From positions 8,885 to 72,884 of the forward strand of contig NIVC01002416.1 in the NCBI GenBank assembly GCA_002269645.1: DNA of 64,000 bases. The letters are read 5' to 3'. The notes below the pieces were generated by a model that saw nothing but the letters and a program-made list of their open reading frames with translations, was not told where the DNA came from and did not search any database. Below, piece by piece: positions 12,901 to 24,946 of the stretch. Position 1 is the first letter of the stretch; the number at the start of each line of letters is the position of its first letter. A program made the position numbers and the translations under genes. The DNA comes from Macrostomum lignano (lineage: Eukaryota).

Positions 12901-15900
12901 GTGGCCTCATTTAGCCACACTACTCGAGCTAGTCCCGTTACTGTAAGTAGCAACTGGCGGAGATATTTCGAAATGTAGCACGAAACTTGGTTACGGTTGT
13001 TTCCACTGTGTTGTCAGTGCGTTCCAATGCTTCCACTGTGTTGTCAGTGTGTTCCAATGCTTCCACTGTGTTGTCAGTGTGTTCCAATGCTTCCACTGTG
13101 TTGTCAGTGTGTTCCAATGCTTCCACTGTGTTGTCAGTGTGTTCCAATGCTTCCACTGTGTTGTCAGTGTGTTCCAATGCTTCCACTGTGTTGTCAGTGT
13201 GTTCCAATGCTTCCACTGTGTTGTCAGTGTGTTCCAATGCTTCCACTGTGTTGTCAGTGTGTTCCAATGCTTCCACTGTGTTGTCAGTGTGTTCCAATGC
13301 TTCCACTGTGTTGTCAGTGTGTTCCAATGCTTCCACTGTGTTGTCAGTGTGTTCCAATGCTTCCATTGTGTTGTCAGTGTGTTCCAATGCTTCCACTGTG
13401 TTGTCAGTGTGTTCCAATGCTTCCACTGTGTTTTCAGTGTGTTCCAATGCTTCCACTGTGTTGTCAGTGTGTTCCAATGCTTCCACTGTGTTGTCAGTGT
13501 GTTCCAATGCTTCCACTGTGTTGTCAGTGTGTTCCAATGCTTCCACTGTGTTGTCAGTGTGTTCCAATGCTTCCACTGTGTTGTCAGTGTGTTCCAATGC
13601 TTCCACTGTGTTGTCAGTGTGTTCCAATGCTTCCACTGTGTTGTCAGTGTGTTCCAATGCTTCCACCGTGTTGTCAGTGTGTTCCAATGCTTCCACTGTG
13701 TTGTCAGTGTGTTCCAATGCTTCCACTGTGTTGTCAGTGTGTTCCAATGCTTCCACTGTGTTGTCAGTGTGTTCCAATGCTTCCACCGTGTTGTCAGTGT
13801 GTTCCAATGCTTCCACTGTGTTGTCAGTGTGTTCCAATGCTTCCACTGTGTTGTCAGTGTGTTCCAATGCTTCCACTGTGTTGTCAGTGTGTTCCAATGC
13901 TTCCACTGTGTTGTCAGTGTGTTCCAATGCTTCCACTGTGTTGTCAGTGTGTTCCAATGCTTCCACTGTGTTGTCAGTGTGTTCCAATGCTTCCACCGTG
14001 TTGTCAGTGTGTTCCAATGCTTCCACTGTGTTGTCAGTGTGTTCCAATGCTTCCACTGTGTTGTCAGTGTGTTCCAATGCTTCCACTGTGTTGTCAGTGT
14101 GTTCCAATGCTTCCACCGTGTTGTCAGTGTGTTCCAATGCTTCCACTGTGTTGTCAGTGTGTTCCAATGCTTCCACTGTGTTGTCAGTGTGTTCCAATGC
14201 TTCCACCGTGTTGTCAGTGTAGATTTAATCGAAGCAAAATTTGTATTATTTTAGACAGTAATATTTTAGCCGCATGAGACCTTTTCATCGTACTTGTTTT
14301 TACTATTACTTCTAAGAAGGACTTTGGGTCGGCTTTCAGGTGCAATGGCTGCTGGATAATTACGAAGCAGCCGAAGGCGTATCTCTGCCCAGGTGCACTC
14401 TGTACAATCACTACCTGCGCCACTGCCAGGAGCACAAATCCGATCCCATGAATCCCGCCAGCTTTGGCAAACTCATCAGATCCGTGTTCTACGGTTTGAA
14501 GACTCGACGGTTGGGGACCAGGTGAGCGGCCCTGTGGCTTCAGCTGCTTAGGGGTTGGGATCCGGTGTGCTCATGGTTGGGATTAGGTGTGCTCATGATT
14601 GGGATTAGGTGTGCTCATGATTGGGATTAGGTGTGCTCATGATTGGGATTAGGTGTGCTCATGATTGGGATTCGGTGTGCTCATGATTGGGATTCGGTGT
14701 GCTGTGCTCATGATTGGGATCCGGTGTGCTCATGATTGGGATTAGGTGTGCTCATGATTGGGATTAGGTGTGCTCATGATTGGGATTCGGTGTGCTCATG
14801 ATTGGGATTAGGTGTGCTCATGATTGGGATTAGGTGTGCTCATGATTGGGATTCGGTGTGCTCATGATTGGGATTAGGTGTGCTCATGATTGGGATCCGG
14901 TGTGCTCATGATTGGGATCCGGTGTGCTCATGATTGGGATTAGGTGTGCTCATGATTGGGATTAGGTGTGCTCATGATTGGGATTCGGTGTGCTCATGAT
15001 TGGGATTAGGTGTGCTCATGATTGGGATCCGGTGTGCTGTGCTCATGATTGGGATCCGGTGTGCTCATGATTGGGATTAGGTGTGCTCATGATTGGGATT
15101 AGGTGTGCTCATGATTGGGATTCGGTGTGCTCATGATTGGGATTCGGTGTGCTCATGATTGGGATTCGGTGTGCTGTGCTCATGATTGGGATTAGGTGTG
15201 CTCATGATTGGGATTCGGTGTGCTCATGATTGGGATTCGGTGTGCTCATGATTGGGATTCGGTGTGCTGTGCTCATGATTGGGATTAGGTGTGCTCATGA
15301 TTGGGATTCGGTGTGCTCATGATTGGGATTAGGTGTGCTCATGATTGGGATTCGGTGTGCTCATGATTGGGATTCGGTGTGCTCATGATTGGGATTCGGT
15401 GTGCTGTGCTCATGATTGGGATTAGGTGTGCTCATGATTGGGATCCGGTGTGCTCAGGCTCGGGTCTAACATCCCAATGCCGCACCACCCGCAGGGGAAA
15501 CTCCAAGTATCACTACTACGGCATTCGGATTAAGCCGGGGTCAACCCTGAGCCAGTCAGGCTCGGAAGAAAGCAGCGTATTCCGCCAGCTCCGGTTGGCC
15601 CAGCGAGAAAAGTGCGTCGTCGTGTTTTATTCTTAAGAAGCCTTATTTTTCTACTATAAGTAGTGTGATTAAATAGAAATGTGCAAATTGTAATTTTTCA
15701 GACTTATGCGCCAAGATCAGTCCGGATTCTCTGGCGGCGGCTCAGCAACTTCCATGGCTGTGCAGTCTGCCTCGGCAGCCAGAGGTCCCGCCGCCGCCGC
15801 CGCCCACTCTGCTGCTTCCGCTGAATCGTCGGCAGGGGCGACCTCGGCGGCATCCGTTGACCCAGAGGCGTCGCAGCACACCCAGTTCCTTGGCGACGCC

Positions 15901-18846
15901 AGCTCTGCTCTGCCGGTGTTCAACGACATCCTGGTAGTCGACGGTGACAGCCTGCCATCAGGCGTTACAGCCGAGGATCTAGAAGCCTTCCAAGATCTGT
16001 ACACGGAGCAGTGCGAGAGCGTGCTTGACTCGGTGGTCAACCTGCAGTTTCAACAAGTTGAAACAGTCTGGATGGAGTTCTGGAGGAAGGCTGAGAATAG
16101 GTTCGTTGATGCTTTTAACTAAGTTAGTAGTAGTATGTCAAGAGTGGCTTCTGCGTGTATTGAAGGCTATGCAATGAATGTATCTACTTAATGTATGATC
16201 TACTCAAATGATCTTTCAAATATTCTATCCGTGATCTACCCACCATATCTATCCGTGATCTACCCACTATATCTATCCGTGATCTATCCACTATCTCTAT
16301 ACGTCATCTACCCGCTGTATCTATACGTCATCTACCCACTGTATCTATACGTCATCTACCCACTGTATCTATACGTCATCTACCCACTGTATCTATACGT
16401 CATCTACCCACTGTATCTATACGTGAATACGAGATCTACCCACTATATCTATCCGTGATCTATCCACTGTATCTATCCGTGATCTGCCTTCTATATCTAT
16501 CCGTGATCTACCCACTGTATCTCTCCGTGATATATCCACTGTATCTCTCCGTGATCTATCCACTGTATCTATCCCGACTATCCGTGATCTACCCACTGTA
16601 TCTATACGTGATCTATCCGCTAACCGGTTCCGCAGTTCCGCTGAGTCCAAGCTGCCCAAATCAAAGCTACTAAGCCTGTGCGAGCTGCCGAGCGTTCAGG
16701 ACTTTGTGCGCGAGTCTGACTATGCCTTCTACCAGAGCCTAGTAGAGGTGCTCATCCCCAACGTGCTCAGGCCTATTCCCAGCTCGCTGACTCAGGCGAT
16801 CAGAAATTTTGCCAAACAGCTGGAGCCCTGGATGCGGGCCGCCATGACCCAGGTGTGTCGGCCCATGGCCGAGCTCCGCCTCCGGGCTCTGGCCGCTCTG
16901 GCCCAGACTTTGCGACGGTACACCAGCTTGAATCATTTGGCCCAGGCTGCCAGGGCTGTGCTGGGCAATGCGGCTCAGGTGTGTTGCAAGTATTGATGCC
17001 TTTGTGTCTGTCTTGTTATTGAAACATTATCCCTATCGGGTAGAGGATTATCCCTATCGGGTAGAGGATTATCCCTATCGGATGGAGGATTATTCCTATC
17101 GGATGGTGGATTATCCCTATCGGATGGAAGATTATTCCTAACAGGTAGAGGATTATCCCTATCGGGTGGAGGATTATCCCTATCGGATGGAGGATTATCC
17201 CTATCGGGTGGAGGATTATCTTGATCGGGTGGAGGATTATCTTGATCGGATGGAGGATTATTCCTATCGGATGGAGGATTATTCCTAACGGGTAGAGGAT
17301 TATCCCTATCGGATGGAGGATTATTCCTAACGGGTAGAGGATTATTCCTATCGGATAGAGGATTATCCCTGTCGGGTAGAGGATTATCCCTTTCGGATGG
17401 AGGATTATACGTATCGGATGGAGGATTATCCCTATCAGACGGAGGATTATCCTTATCAGATGGAGGATTATCCCTATCGGATAAAGGGTTATCCCTATCG
17501 GATAGATGATTATCCCTATCGGATAAAGGATTATCCCTATCGGATAGAGGATTATCCCTATCGGATGGAAGATTATCCCTATCGGGTGGAGGATTATCCT
17601 TATCAGATGGAGGATTATCCCTATCGGATGGAAGATTATCCCTATCGAATGGAGGATTAATCCTTATCAGTTGGTGGATTTATCCTTATCTGATAGAGGA
17701 TTATCTCTATCGGATGGAAGATTATCCCTATCGGGTGAAGGATTATCCCTATCGGATGGAGGATTATCCCTATCGGGTGGAGGATTATCCCTATCGGATG
17801 GAGGATTTATCTTTATCGGTTGGAGGATTATCCCTATCGGATGGAAGATTATCCCTATCGGTTGGAGGATTATCCCTATCGGATAGATGATTATTCTTAT
17901 CGGGGGAGGATTATCCGTTATCGTTTGCGAGATGACCCAATAGCAACCAGCCTGTTCTCCCACTGCACTCTGCCTGCAGGTGTCCCAGATGCTGACTGAC
18001 CTGAGCCGGGTGGACCTGACCACGGTGCACGAGCAGGCCGGCTGGGTCAGCGGGTGCAGTGGCGCCGCTGTCGACCAGCTGCAGACGGACTTCAAGCGCC
18101 TGCTTCGCGACGGCAGCTCGCTGGAGCAGTGGGCCGACTGGCTCGAGTCCGCCGTGACCTCCGCGCTGGCGCCTCACGAAGACACGGAGCTGCTGGCCCG
18201 GGCGGCCAGGCACCTGCTGCTCAAGTGGAGCCTGTACGCCTCCCTAGTCATCCGGGACCTGACGCTGCGCTCGGCGGCTAGCTTCGGCAGCTTCCACCTG
18301 CTCCGCCTGCTGCACGATGAATACCTGTTCTACCTGGTTGAGCACCGGGTGGCCGACTACCTGGCCCTGAGTCCCCTGGCCGTCATGGCCGAATTTCGAT
18401 TGGACCCGGCCGAGCTGCCGGACACTCGCGGATTCGAGGCCGCCGCTGCCGGCAGTACGACGTCAACTTCTTCTGACCCTGTCGCAGCTGCTGCCGCTGC
18501 CGCCGCGGCCGCCGAAGCCGCTGAAGAGCCGCCAGCGATTCGCATTAAAACTGCCGGCGTTGCAGTCAGCAGCTCGGCCGCGTCAGCCGGAGTGGTCTCT
18601 GCTGCCCCTTCCGTCGCTTCGTCCTCTGCGGCGCCTCTGGCGTCGGTGTCGTCCACGATTGTCGGAGCAGCCAGCACGCAGCCTCGCATCACCGTGTCGC
18701 TGCAGCCCGGACCCGCGCCTCCGTCGTCGTCATCGTCGACTTTCTCGACGCCCACTGGTCGGATCGCCATCCCGCCGAGCGGTAACAGCAGCTCCGCGCC
18801 GATGCTTGGCTCGGCCGACTCGGTGAAGAGGCCGAAGCTTCTATGA
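9987..18846 (+). CDS. RFX: RFX winged-helix transcription factor (RFX1/2/3, DAF-19-like); 10 coding exons, about 853 aa
   Basis: Exons 9987-10128, 10229-10433, 10877-10951, 11054-11135, 12793-12942, 14340-14521, 15495-15611, 15702-16100, 16636-16978, 17980-18846. All GT-AG with compatible phases; total 2562 nt. DNA-binding domain TTRASPVT|VQWLLDNYEAAEGVSLPRCTLYNHYLRHC...ASFGKLIRSVFYGLKTRRLGTR|GNSKYHYYGIRIK. B/C and dimerisation regions VLRPIPSSLTQAIRNFAKQLE, RRYTSLNHLAQAARAVL, RDLTLRSAASFGSFHLLRLL. Q-rich N-terminus. Start codon and exon 1 donor are less certain. Confidence 0.95.
10540..10855. repeat. About 29-33-bp minisatellite (CTGACTCACTAACTGTCTATAGATCTCGTGTTT) in RFX intron 2
   Basis: About 9 tandem copies read directly. 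Confidence 0.93.
11180..12755. repeat. 18-bp minisatellite (GAGTCTCAGGTGGGGATA) in RFX intron 4
   Basis: More than 80 copies, with recurring CAGGTGATAAGAGATA variant units. Confidence 0.97.
12999..14220. repeat. 30-bp minisatellite (TTCCACTGTGTTGTCAGTGTGTTCCAATGC) in RFX intron 5
   Basis: About 40 almost identical copies; source of four 400-aa pseudo-ORFs. Confidence 0.98.
14558..15458. repeat. 21-bp minisatellite (GGTGTGCTCATGATTGGGATT[A/C]) in RFX intron 6
   Basis: About 40 copies read directly. Confidence 0.97.
16215..16620. repeat. 24-bp minisatellite (ATCTACCCACTGTATCTATACGTC) in RFX intron 8
   Basis: Tandem copies read directly. Confidence 0.93.
17025..17915. repeat. 21-bp minisatellite (GGATTATCCCTATCGGATGGA) in RFX intron 9
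   Basis: About 40 copies read directly. Confidence 0.96.
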
Positions 18847-18889
18847 ATTCAGCGATCGAACTGATAGCCCAGGACTGTTGACAGCCCTA

Positions 18890-20285
18890 ACAGTGACCAA
18901 TTAGTCATCTGAGTGTGACCAATTAGTCATCTGTTCTGTGTGTGACCAATTAGTCATCTGAGTGTGACCAATTAGTCATCTGTTCTGTGTGTGACCAATT
19001 GGTCATCTGTTCTGTGTGTGACCAATTGGTCATCTGTTATGTGTGTGACCAATTGGTCATCTGTTATATGTGTGACCAATTGGTCATCTGTTATGTGTGT
19101 GACCAATTGGTCATCTGTTATGTGTGTGACCAATTGGTCATCTGTTCTGTGTGTTACCAATTGGTCATCTGTTATGTGTGTGACCAATTGGTCATCTGTT
19201 ATGTGTGTGACCAATTGGTCATCTGTTATATGTGTGACCAATTGGTCATCTGTTATGTGTGTGACCAATTGGTCATCTGTTCTGTGTGTTACCAATTGGT
19301 CATCTGTTATGTGTGTGACCAATTGGTCATCTGAGTGTGACCAATTAGTCATCTGAGTGTGACCAATTAGTCATCTGTTCTGTGTGTGACCAATTAGTCA
19401 TCTGTTCTGTGTGTGACCAATTGGTCATCTGTTCTGTGTGTGACCAATTGGTCATCTGTTATGTGTGTGACCAATTGGTCATCTGTTCTGTGTGTGACCA
19501 ATTGGTCATCTGTTATGTGTGTGACCAATTGGTCATCTGAGTGTGACCAATTAGTCATCTGAGTGTGACCAATTAGTCATCTGAGTGTGACCAATTAGTC
19601 ATCTGTTCTGTGTGTGACCAATTGGTCATCTGTTCTGTGTGTTACCAATTGGTCATCTGTTATATGTGTGACCAATTGGTCATCTGTTATGTGTGTGACC
19701 AATTGGTCATCTGTTATATGTGTGACCAATTGGCCATCTGTTCTGTGTGTGACCAATTGGTCATCTGTTATATGTGTGACCAATTGGTCATCTGTTATGT
19801 GTGTGACCAATTGGTCATCTGTTATATGTGTGACCAATTGGCCATCTGTTCTGTGTGTGACCAATTGGCCATCTGTTCTGTGTGTGACCAATTGGTCATC
19901 TGTTATATGTGTGACCAATTGGTCATCTGTTATGTGTGTGACCAATTGGTCATCTGTTATATGTGTGACCAATTGGCCATCTGTTCTGTGTGTGACCAAT
20001 TGGCCATCTGTTCTGTGTGTGACCAATTGGTCATCTGTTATATGTGTGACCAATTGGTCATCTGTTATGTGTGTGACCAATTGGTCATCTGTTATATGTG
20101 TGACCAATTGGCCATCTGTTCTGTGTGTGACCAATTGGTCATCTGTTATATGTGTGACCAATTGGCCATCTGTTCTGTGTGTGACCAATTGGCCATCTGT
20201 TCTATGTGTGACCAATTGGTCATCTGTTATGTGTGTGACCAATTGGTCATCTGTTATATGTGTGACCAATTGGTCATTTAAGAGT
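18890..20285. repeat. 27-bp minisatellite containing the 14-bp palindrome TGACCAATTGGTCA, just 3' of the RFX stop codon
   Basis: About 50 copies of TGTGTGACCAATTGGTCATCTGTTATG and variants. Confidence 0.97.
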
Positions 20286-21436
20286 GATCAATTAGTTATC
20301 CCAGTTTGTTCTATTATTCATTTCGGTTGGAACAATTAGTCACCTGGAGCTGAAAAGCTATTGATAGACAATTACTCATCTTGACGGCAATGAGCAATTA
20401 GTCATATTGATGGCTATGAGCAATTTGTTTTGTGTTTAATATTATTGACCATTCTAATGCCAGTTTAACGCCCTTAAGGTCCTATAGCCGCGTTTACTGC
20501 ATCGGATCAGTTATAGTCATCCTGTATGAAGACTTCGTCATCTGCTTAAATTGTTAGCCATAGTACTATAAGTAATGCTTGAGCGTATGCATACTGCTAT
20601 TAAGTTTGTTATTCTCTTTGGCAGCAAAATGATATCTTATTAATAATTAACTTTGTAATAGCCTTGCGTTTACCTATTTATGTTTATGCATATGCTTAAC
20701 CTGCAATCAATCAGTTTGTTGTGCGAACCTAATTGGTTGATTCTAGGAAATACTAATAACTATGACGTCATCATCATCATGCTCTGTAACCTTCCTACTT
20801 CTGTGTAATTTTCTCCATTATCATTAGCTGCCGCCTGTATTCGATCAGTAATGCGAATTATTATTATTAATTAATCAAACATACAAACTGCACTACTTGA
20901 AATCGTACAAGTAGAGCTGTTTGCGTTTTCATACAATATTTCGTGTTCCACTTATAATCCTAACCAAATTTGCGAATAAATTATTTGTACTGCACAGGGA
21001 GCCTTAAGGTGACTTGGTTGTGCAATTCTAATATGCTGGAATTCAAACTGTATTTTCTACACCTTTGTTATTTTTAGAGTAATGTTATCTGAAGAGTTTA
21101 TTGAGTGGTGATCAGTCACTCAGTAACTCCCACTTCTAGACACTGGGGAACAAGTGCCTAGGTATGTACAAAATCGAATAACTCTCACTGGAGCGGCTCC
21201 TCTTGTAGTTTGTGGACGTCTGGGTCTTTTAGTGTGCAGCGCTGTCTGACTTGGCTGAGCGGTGGCGGCGGCCGGTCCCGGTGAACAGCTTTTGTTTCTT
21301 GGGGTCCTTAACTTCACGTATCTGTGGGTCGACCAAAACAGGAGCGAATCAGAATTCTTGACGGTCCTCGAGCTCGGAATTCACAATAGAACGTGCGCCC
21401 TTATGAACAATTGAATTCTTTAAATCTCTGTAGTAG

Positions 21437-21483
21437 GTCCTCCTGAAGGGCGTCTTCTTCGTTACGTCCGAAACGTAGCGGAT
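21437..21483 (+). ncRNA. Degenerate minimal type-I hammerhead ribozyme of the Penelope-like element type
   Basis: GTCCTC-CTGAA-GGGCGT(cttcttcgtt)ACGTCC-GAAAC-GTA-GCGGAT gives stem I (5 of 6 pairs), CTGA core, 6-bp stem II, GAAA, palindromic ACGT stem III and a GTA cleavage triplet. AATAAA follows about 15 nt later. Core G8/A9 is imperfect. Confidence 0.5.
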
Positions 21484-22099
21484 AACTCAAATCAACTCAA
21501 TAAATCCTCTAGGAATGTTTCCTAGGAAACAGGGAGGCCTTTCTCAAATGTGTCAACGATAAGTGGCTCTCCTAAACTCAATCAACTGATTAGTGCTATA
21601 GTAAAGAACTAAATCGGGTAACGCTTACCAATCTATCCGGATTTCTTCTCTCAGAGATGAGTCTTCTTTGTTAACGTATTCCAATTTCTTCCTTGAGACC
21701 GCTCCGAGTCTGTATTTTTCACTTTTTTCACCGGATTTTCGCTTATATTTATAGTAAAATTTTGGTGAAAAACAGGTTTAAAATCGGTTATTTACTTCAC
21801 TTGGGTCGCGTATGTTTGATTAAGAGGTCATCAATTTTTTATTATTACCATATATGGAATTAAGCAAATAAAACTCCCGAGAACCGGTTTCTTGATCAAA
21901 TAAACGTTGGACTTACGTAGGGCTCTGAGTCACTTCTGTTTGCACATGACTCATTCTAAAAATAGATATGACTCATCATTACTCATTAGATTGCGAGTTT
22001 GAAATGATTTTATTGTAATATTACTTTAAGTAGTGCATTACGGTATGACTAACGGCTCTCATTAGATTAGGAGCGGATTCATTATTATTATTTTCACAA

Positions 22100-22490
22100 T
22101 CGATTCTCACCCCTTCACAGATCGATTCTCACCCCTCCCATAGATCAATTCTCACGATCACCCCTTCACAGCTCGATTCTCACCCCTTCACAGATCGATT
22201 CTCACCCCTTCACAGATCGATTCTCACCCCTTCACAGATCGATTCTCACCCCTTCACAGATCGATTCTCACCCCTTCACAGATCGATTCTCACCCCTTCA
22301 CAGATCGATTCTCACCCCTTCACAGATCGATTCTCACCCCTTCACAGATCGATTCTCACCCCTTCACAGATCGATTCTCACCCCTTCACAGATCGATTCT
22401 CATCCCTTCACAGATCAATTCTCACCCCTTCACAGATCGATTCTCACCCCTTCGCAGATCGATTCTCACCCCTTCGCAGATCGATTCTCA
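22100..22490. repeat. 22-bp minisatellite (CCCTTCACAGATCGATTCTCAC); reverse-complement relative of the 40.6-42.7 kb array
   Basis: About 16 copies; the reverse complement GTGAGAATCGATCTGTG matches the first units at 40660-40700. Confidence 0.95.
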
Positions 22491-23334
22491 ACCATTCGTC
22501 ACTTCTGTACCTGTCGCCCCCAGCTATGCTGCGGCTGCCAACTGCCTGGCTTAACTCTGTAGGGTGTCAAAAAAATTTTTGCAGAAAATTTTAATCTATT
22601 TGATTCAGGTGTGCCACCAGGAGCTTTAATGTTGTCAAGTAGTATAGTCTAGCTAATAAACTGGACTAAACTGGAAGTCTAATTAAAACAAAATAATTGA
22701 TTAGCAATAGCTTGCATTTGTCCAGAGGGCCTCTGAATTATTAAGACTTGATCGTCACACATATCACGAAAGGCGCAACGTCAACTCATTAATAATGGGA
22801 ATTTAATACTCATTATAGAATCCTTCCTATCCCAGCAGCTGACAGTCCATCCGCCCACGTGGAGGCTGAGAGGATCAGAACTAACGCTAAAAATTTGTTG
22901 TTTAGACCTGAAAAGGTAAAGAAAATCCCTCACTGATCATGCTCCACAAAGGGGCTATCTTTAGATGGGATTAATGATGAAAATAAAGACTTCATGATAT
23001 CTTACCACTCTCAAACGAAAGAGGTGATGTTGTTGATAAATTAACAAAACAACTGTATTAGAGCTATGCTTCCAGGGTGCGCTTGATATATTTTAGAGAC
23101 GGGCTGCCAGAGGTAAATATTAAAATAAATTAAAACCAAAATTACAAGCATAAAACGTATAGTAATTATGAATCCCAGATACTTTTCCTATTACTATTTT
23201 CCTATTACTTCGCAAGTTATCTGGCAGTTGGACAGTGTCCAGACTCCTATAAGGTAAAAAGACTAAGTTTCCTTGTAAAACTAAACTAATATATCGAGAT
23301 ACTGATCAAACAAAGCGAAATTCTACCGCTGTAA

Positions 23335-24418
23335 CCTAAACTGTACCAGCCAAACCTACAGTTGCAACCTAAACTGTACCATCAAAAACCTAGAGTTGCA
23401 ACCTAAACTGTACCATCAAAAACCTAGAGTTGCAACCTAAACTGTACCATCAAAAACCTACAGTTGCAACCTAAACTGTACCATCAAAAACCTAGAGTTG
23501 CAACCTAAACTGTACCATCAAAAACCTAGAGTTGCAACCTAAACTGTACCATAAAAACCTACAGTTGCAACCTAAACTGTACCATCAAAAACCTAGAGTT
23601 GCAACCTAAACTGCACCATAAAAACCTACAGTTGCAACCTAAACTGTACCATCAAAAACCTAGAGTTGCAACCTAAACTGCACCATAAAAACCTACAGTT
23701 GCAACCTAAACTGTACCATAAAAACCTACAGTTGCAACCTAAACTGTACCATCAAAAACCTACAGTTGCAACCTAAACTGCACCATAAAAACCTACAGTT
23801 GCAACCTAAACTGTACCATCAAAAACCTACAGTTGCAACCTAAACTGTACCATCAAAAACCTACAGTTGCAACCTAAACTGCACCATAAAAACCTACAGT
23901 TGCAACCTAAACTGTACCATAAAAACCTACAGTTGCAACCTAAACTGTACCATCAAAAACCTACAGTTGCAACCTAAACTGCACCATAAAAACCTACAGT
24001 TGCAACCTAAACTGTACCATCAAAAACCTACAGTTGCAACCTAAACTGCACCATAAAAACCTACAGTTGCAACCTAAACTGTACCATCAAAAACCTACAG
24101 TTGCAACCTAAACTGTACCATCAAAAACCTACAGTTGCAACCTAAACTGTACCATCAAAAACCTACAGTTGCAACCTAAACTGTACCATCAAAAACCTAC
24201 AGTTGCAACCTAAACTGTACCATAAAAACCTATAGTTGCAACCTAAACTGTACCATCAAAAACCTACAGTTGCAACCTAAACTGTACCATCAAAAACCTA
24301 CAGTTGCAACCTAAACTGTACCATCAAAAACCTACAGTTGCAACCTAAACTGTACCATCAAAACCTACAGTTGCAACCTAAACTGTACCATCAAAACCTA
24401 CAGTTGCAACCTAAACTG
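23335..24418. repeat. 33-34-bp minisatellite (AACCTAAACTGTACCATCAAAAACCTACAGTTGC)
   Basis: About 32 copies read directly. Confidence 0.97.
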
Positions 24419-24946
24419 CGTATTTTGCTATAGAAGTCAAACGCAGGTCTAAATGCTGTAGTATCTAGAGGGCAAAATTCAATCACAGTAAAGGTCTGTC
24501 TGTCTGTCTTAGTCTGTTTTTACTTTGGTTTAAATGGGAATTGCTCAAAGCAGAATTTACATCTTAGAAGTCATAACTAAAGGGCACAAAAAGCATTTGC
24601 TTAGATGTCTTGCCTTGAAAATTTTAGCCGGGTCCCGGCTGGACTTTTTGGATATTTCACAGGATTAGATCACAAAGAGAAGACGTAAGCAATAACTGGT
24701 TAATTTGAGTGTCGTGCGAGATTTAAAAGATAAGGGATTGAGTTTGAGGACGCTGTGCGCGTTAAACCAGGGACCTCAGGGATATATTACCATAGATAGA
24801 AGGGACACAAAACTCGCTTTACTGGTTTAATGATGAGGCTGCCTCATCATTAAGACTTTACGAGTCATAGACTTCACGAGGTAACCTCGTGGAACAATGG
24901 CCATAGACATTTAAGCAAGAAAAAACGACTATTTCTCGCGCATTAA

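Noticed and set aside
12938-14277. Long ORFs (400-725 aa) here and at 5306-6129, 31039-31999, 32054-34215, 38272-40050 and 40624-42801
   Set aside because: They are translations of tandem repeats open in several frames and on both strands. Several lie inside well-defined introns.
18054-18826. Antisense and alternate-frame ORFs over GC-rich exons (also 1480-1959, 30116-30445, 42940-43389, 53741-54109)
   Set aside because: These are shadow ORFs caused by GC3-rich codon usage of the real genes.
23075-23111. VRLIYFRDGLPE resembling the Piwi RIIFYRDGVSE motif
   Set aside because: Only 12 residues, with no other Argonaute/Piwi motifs nearby.
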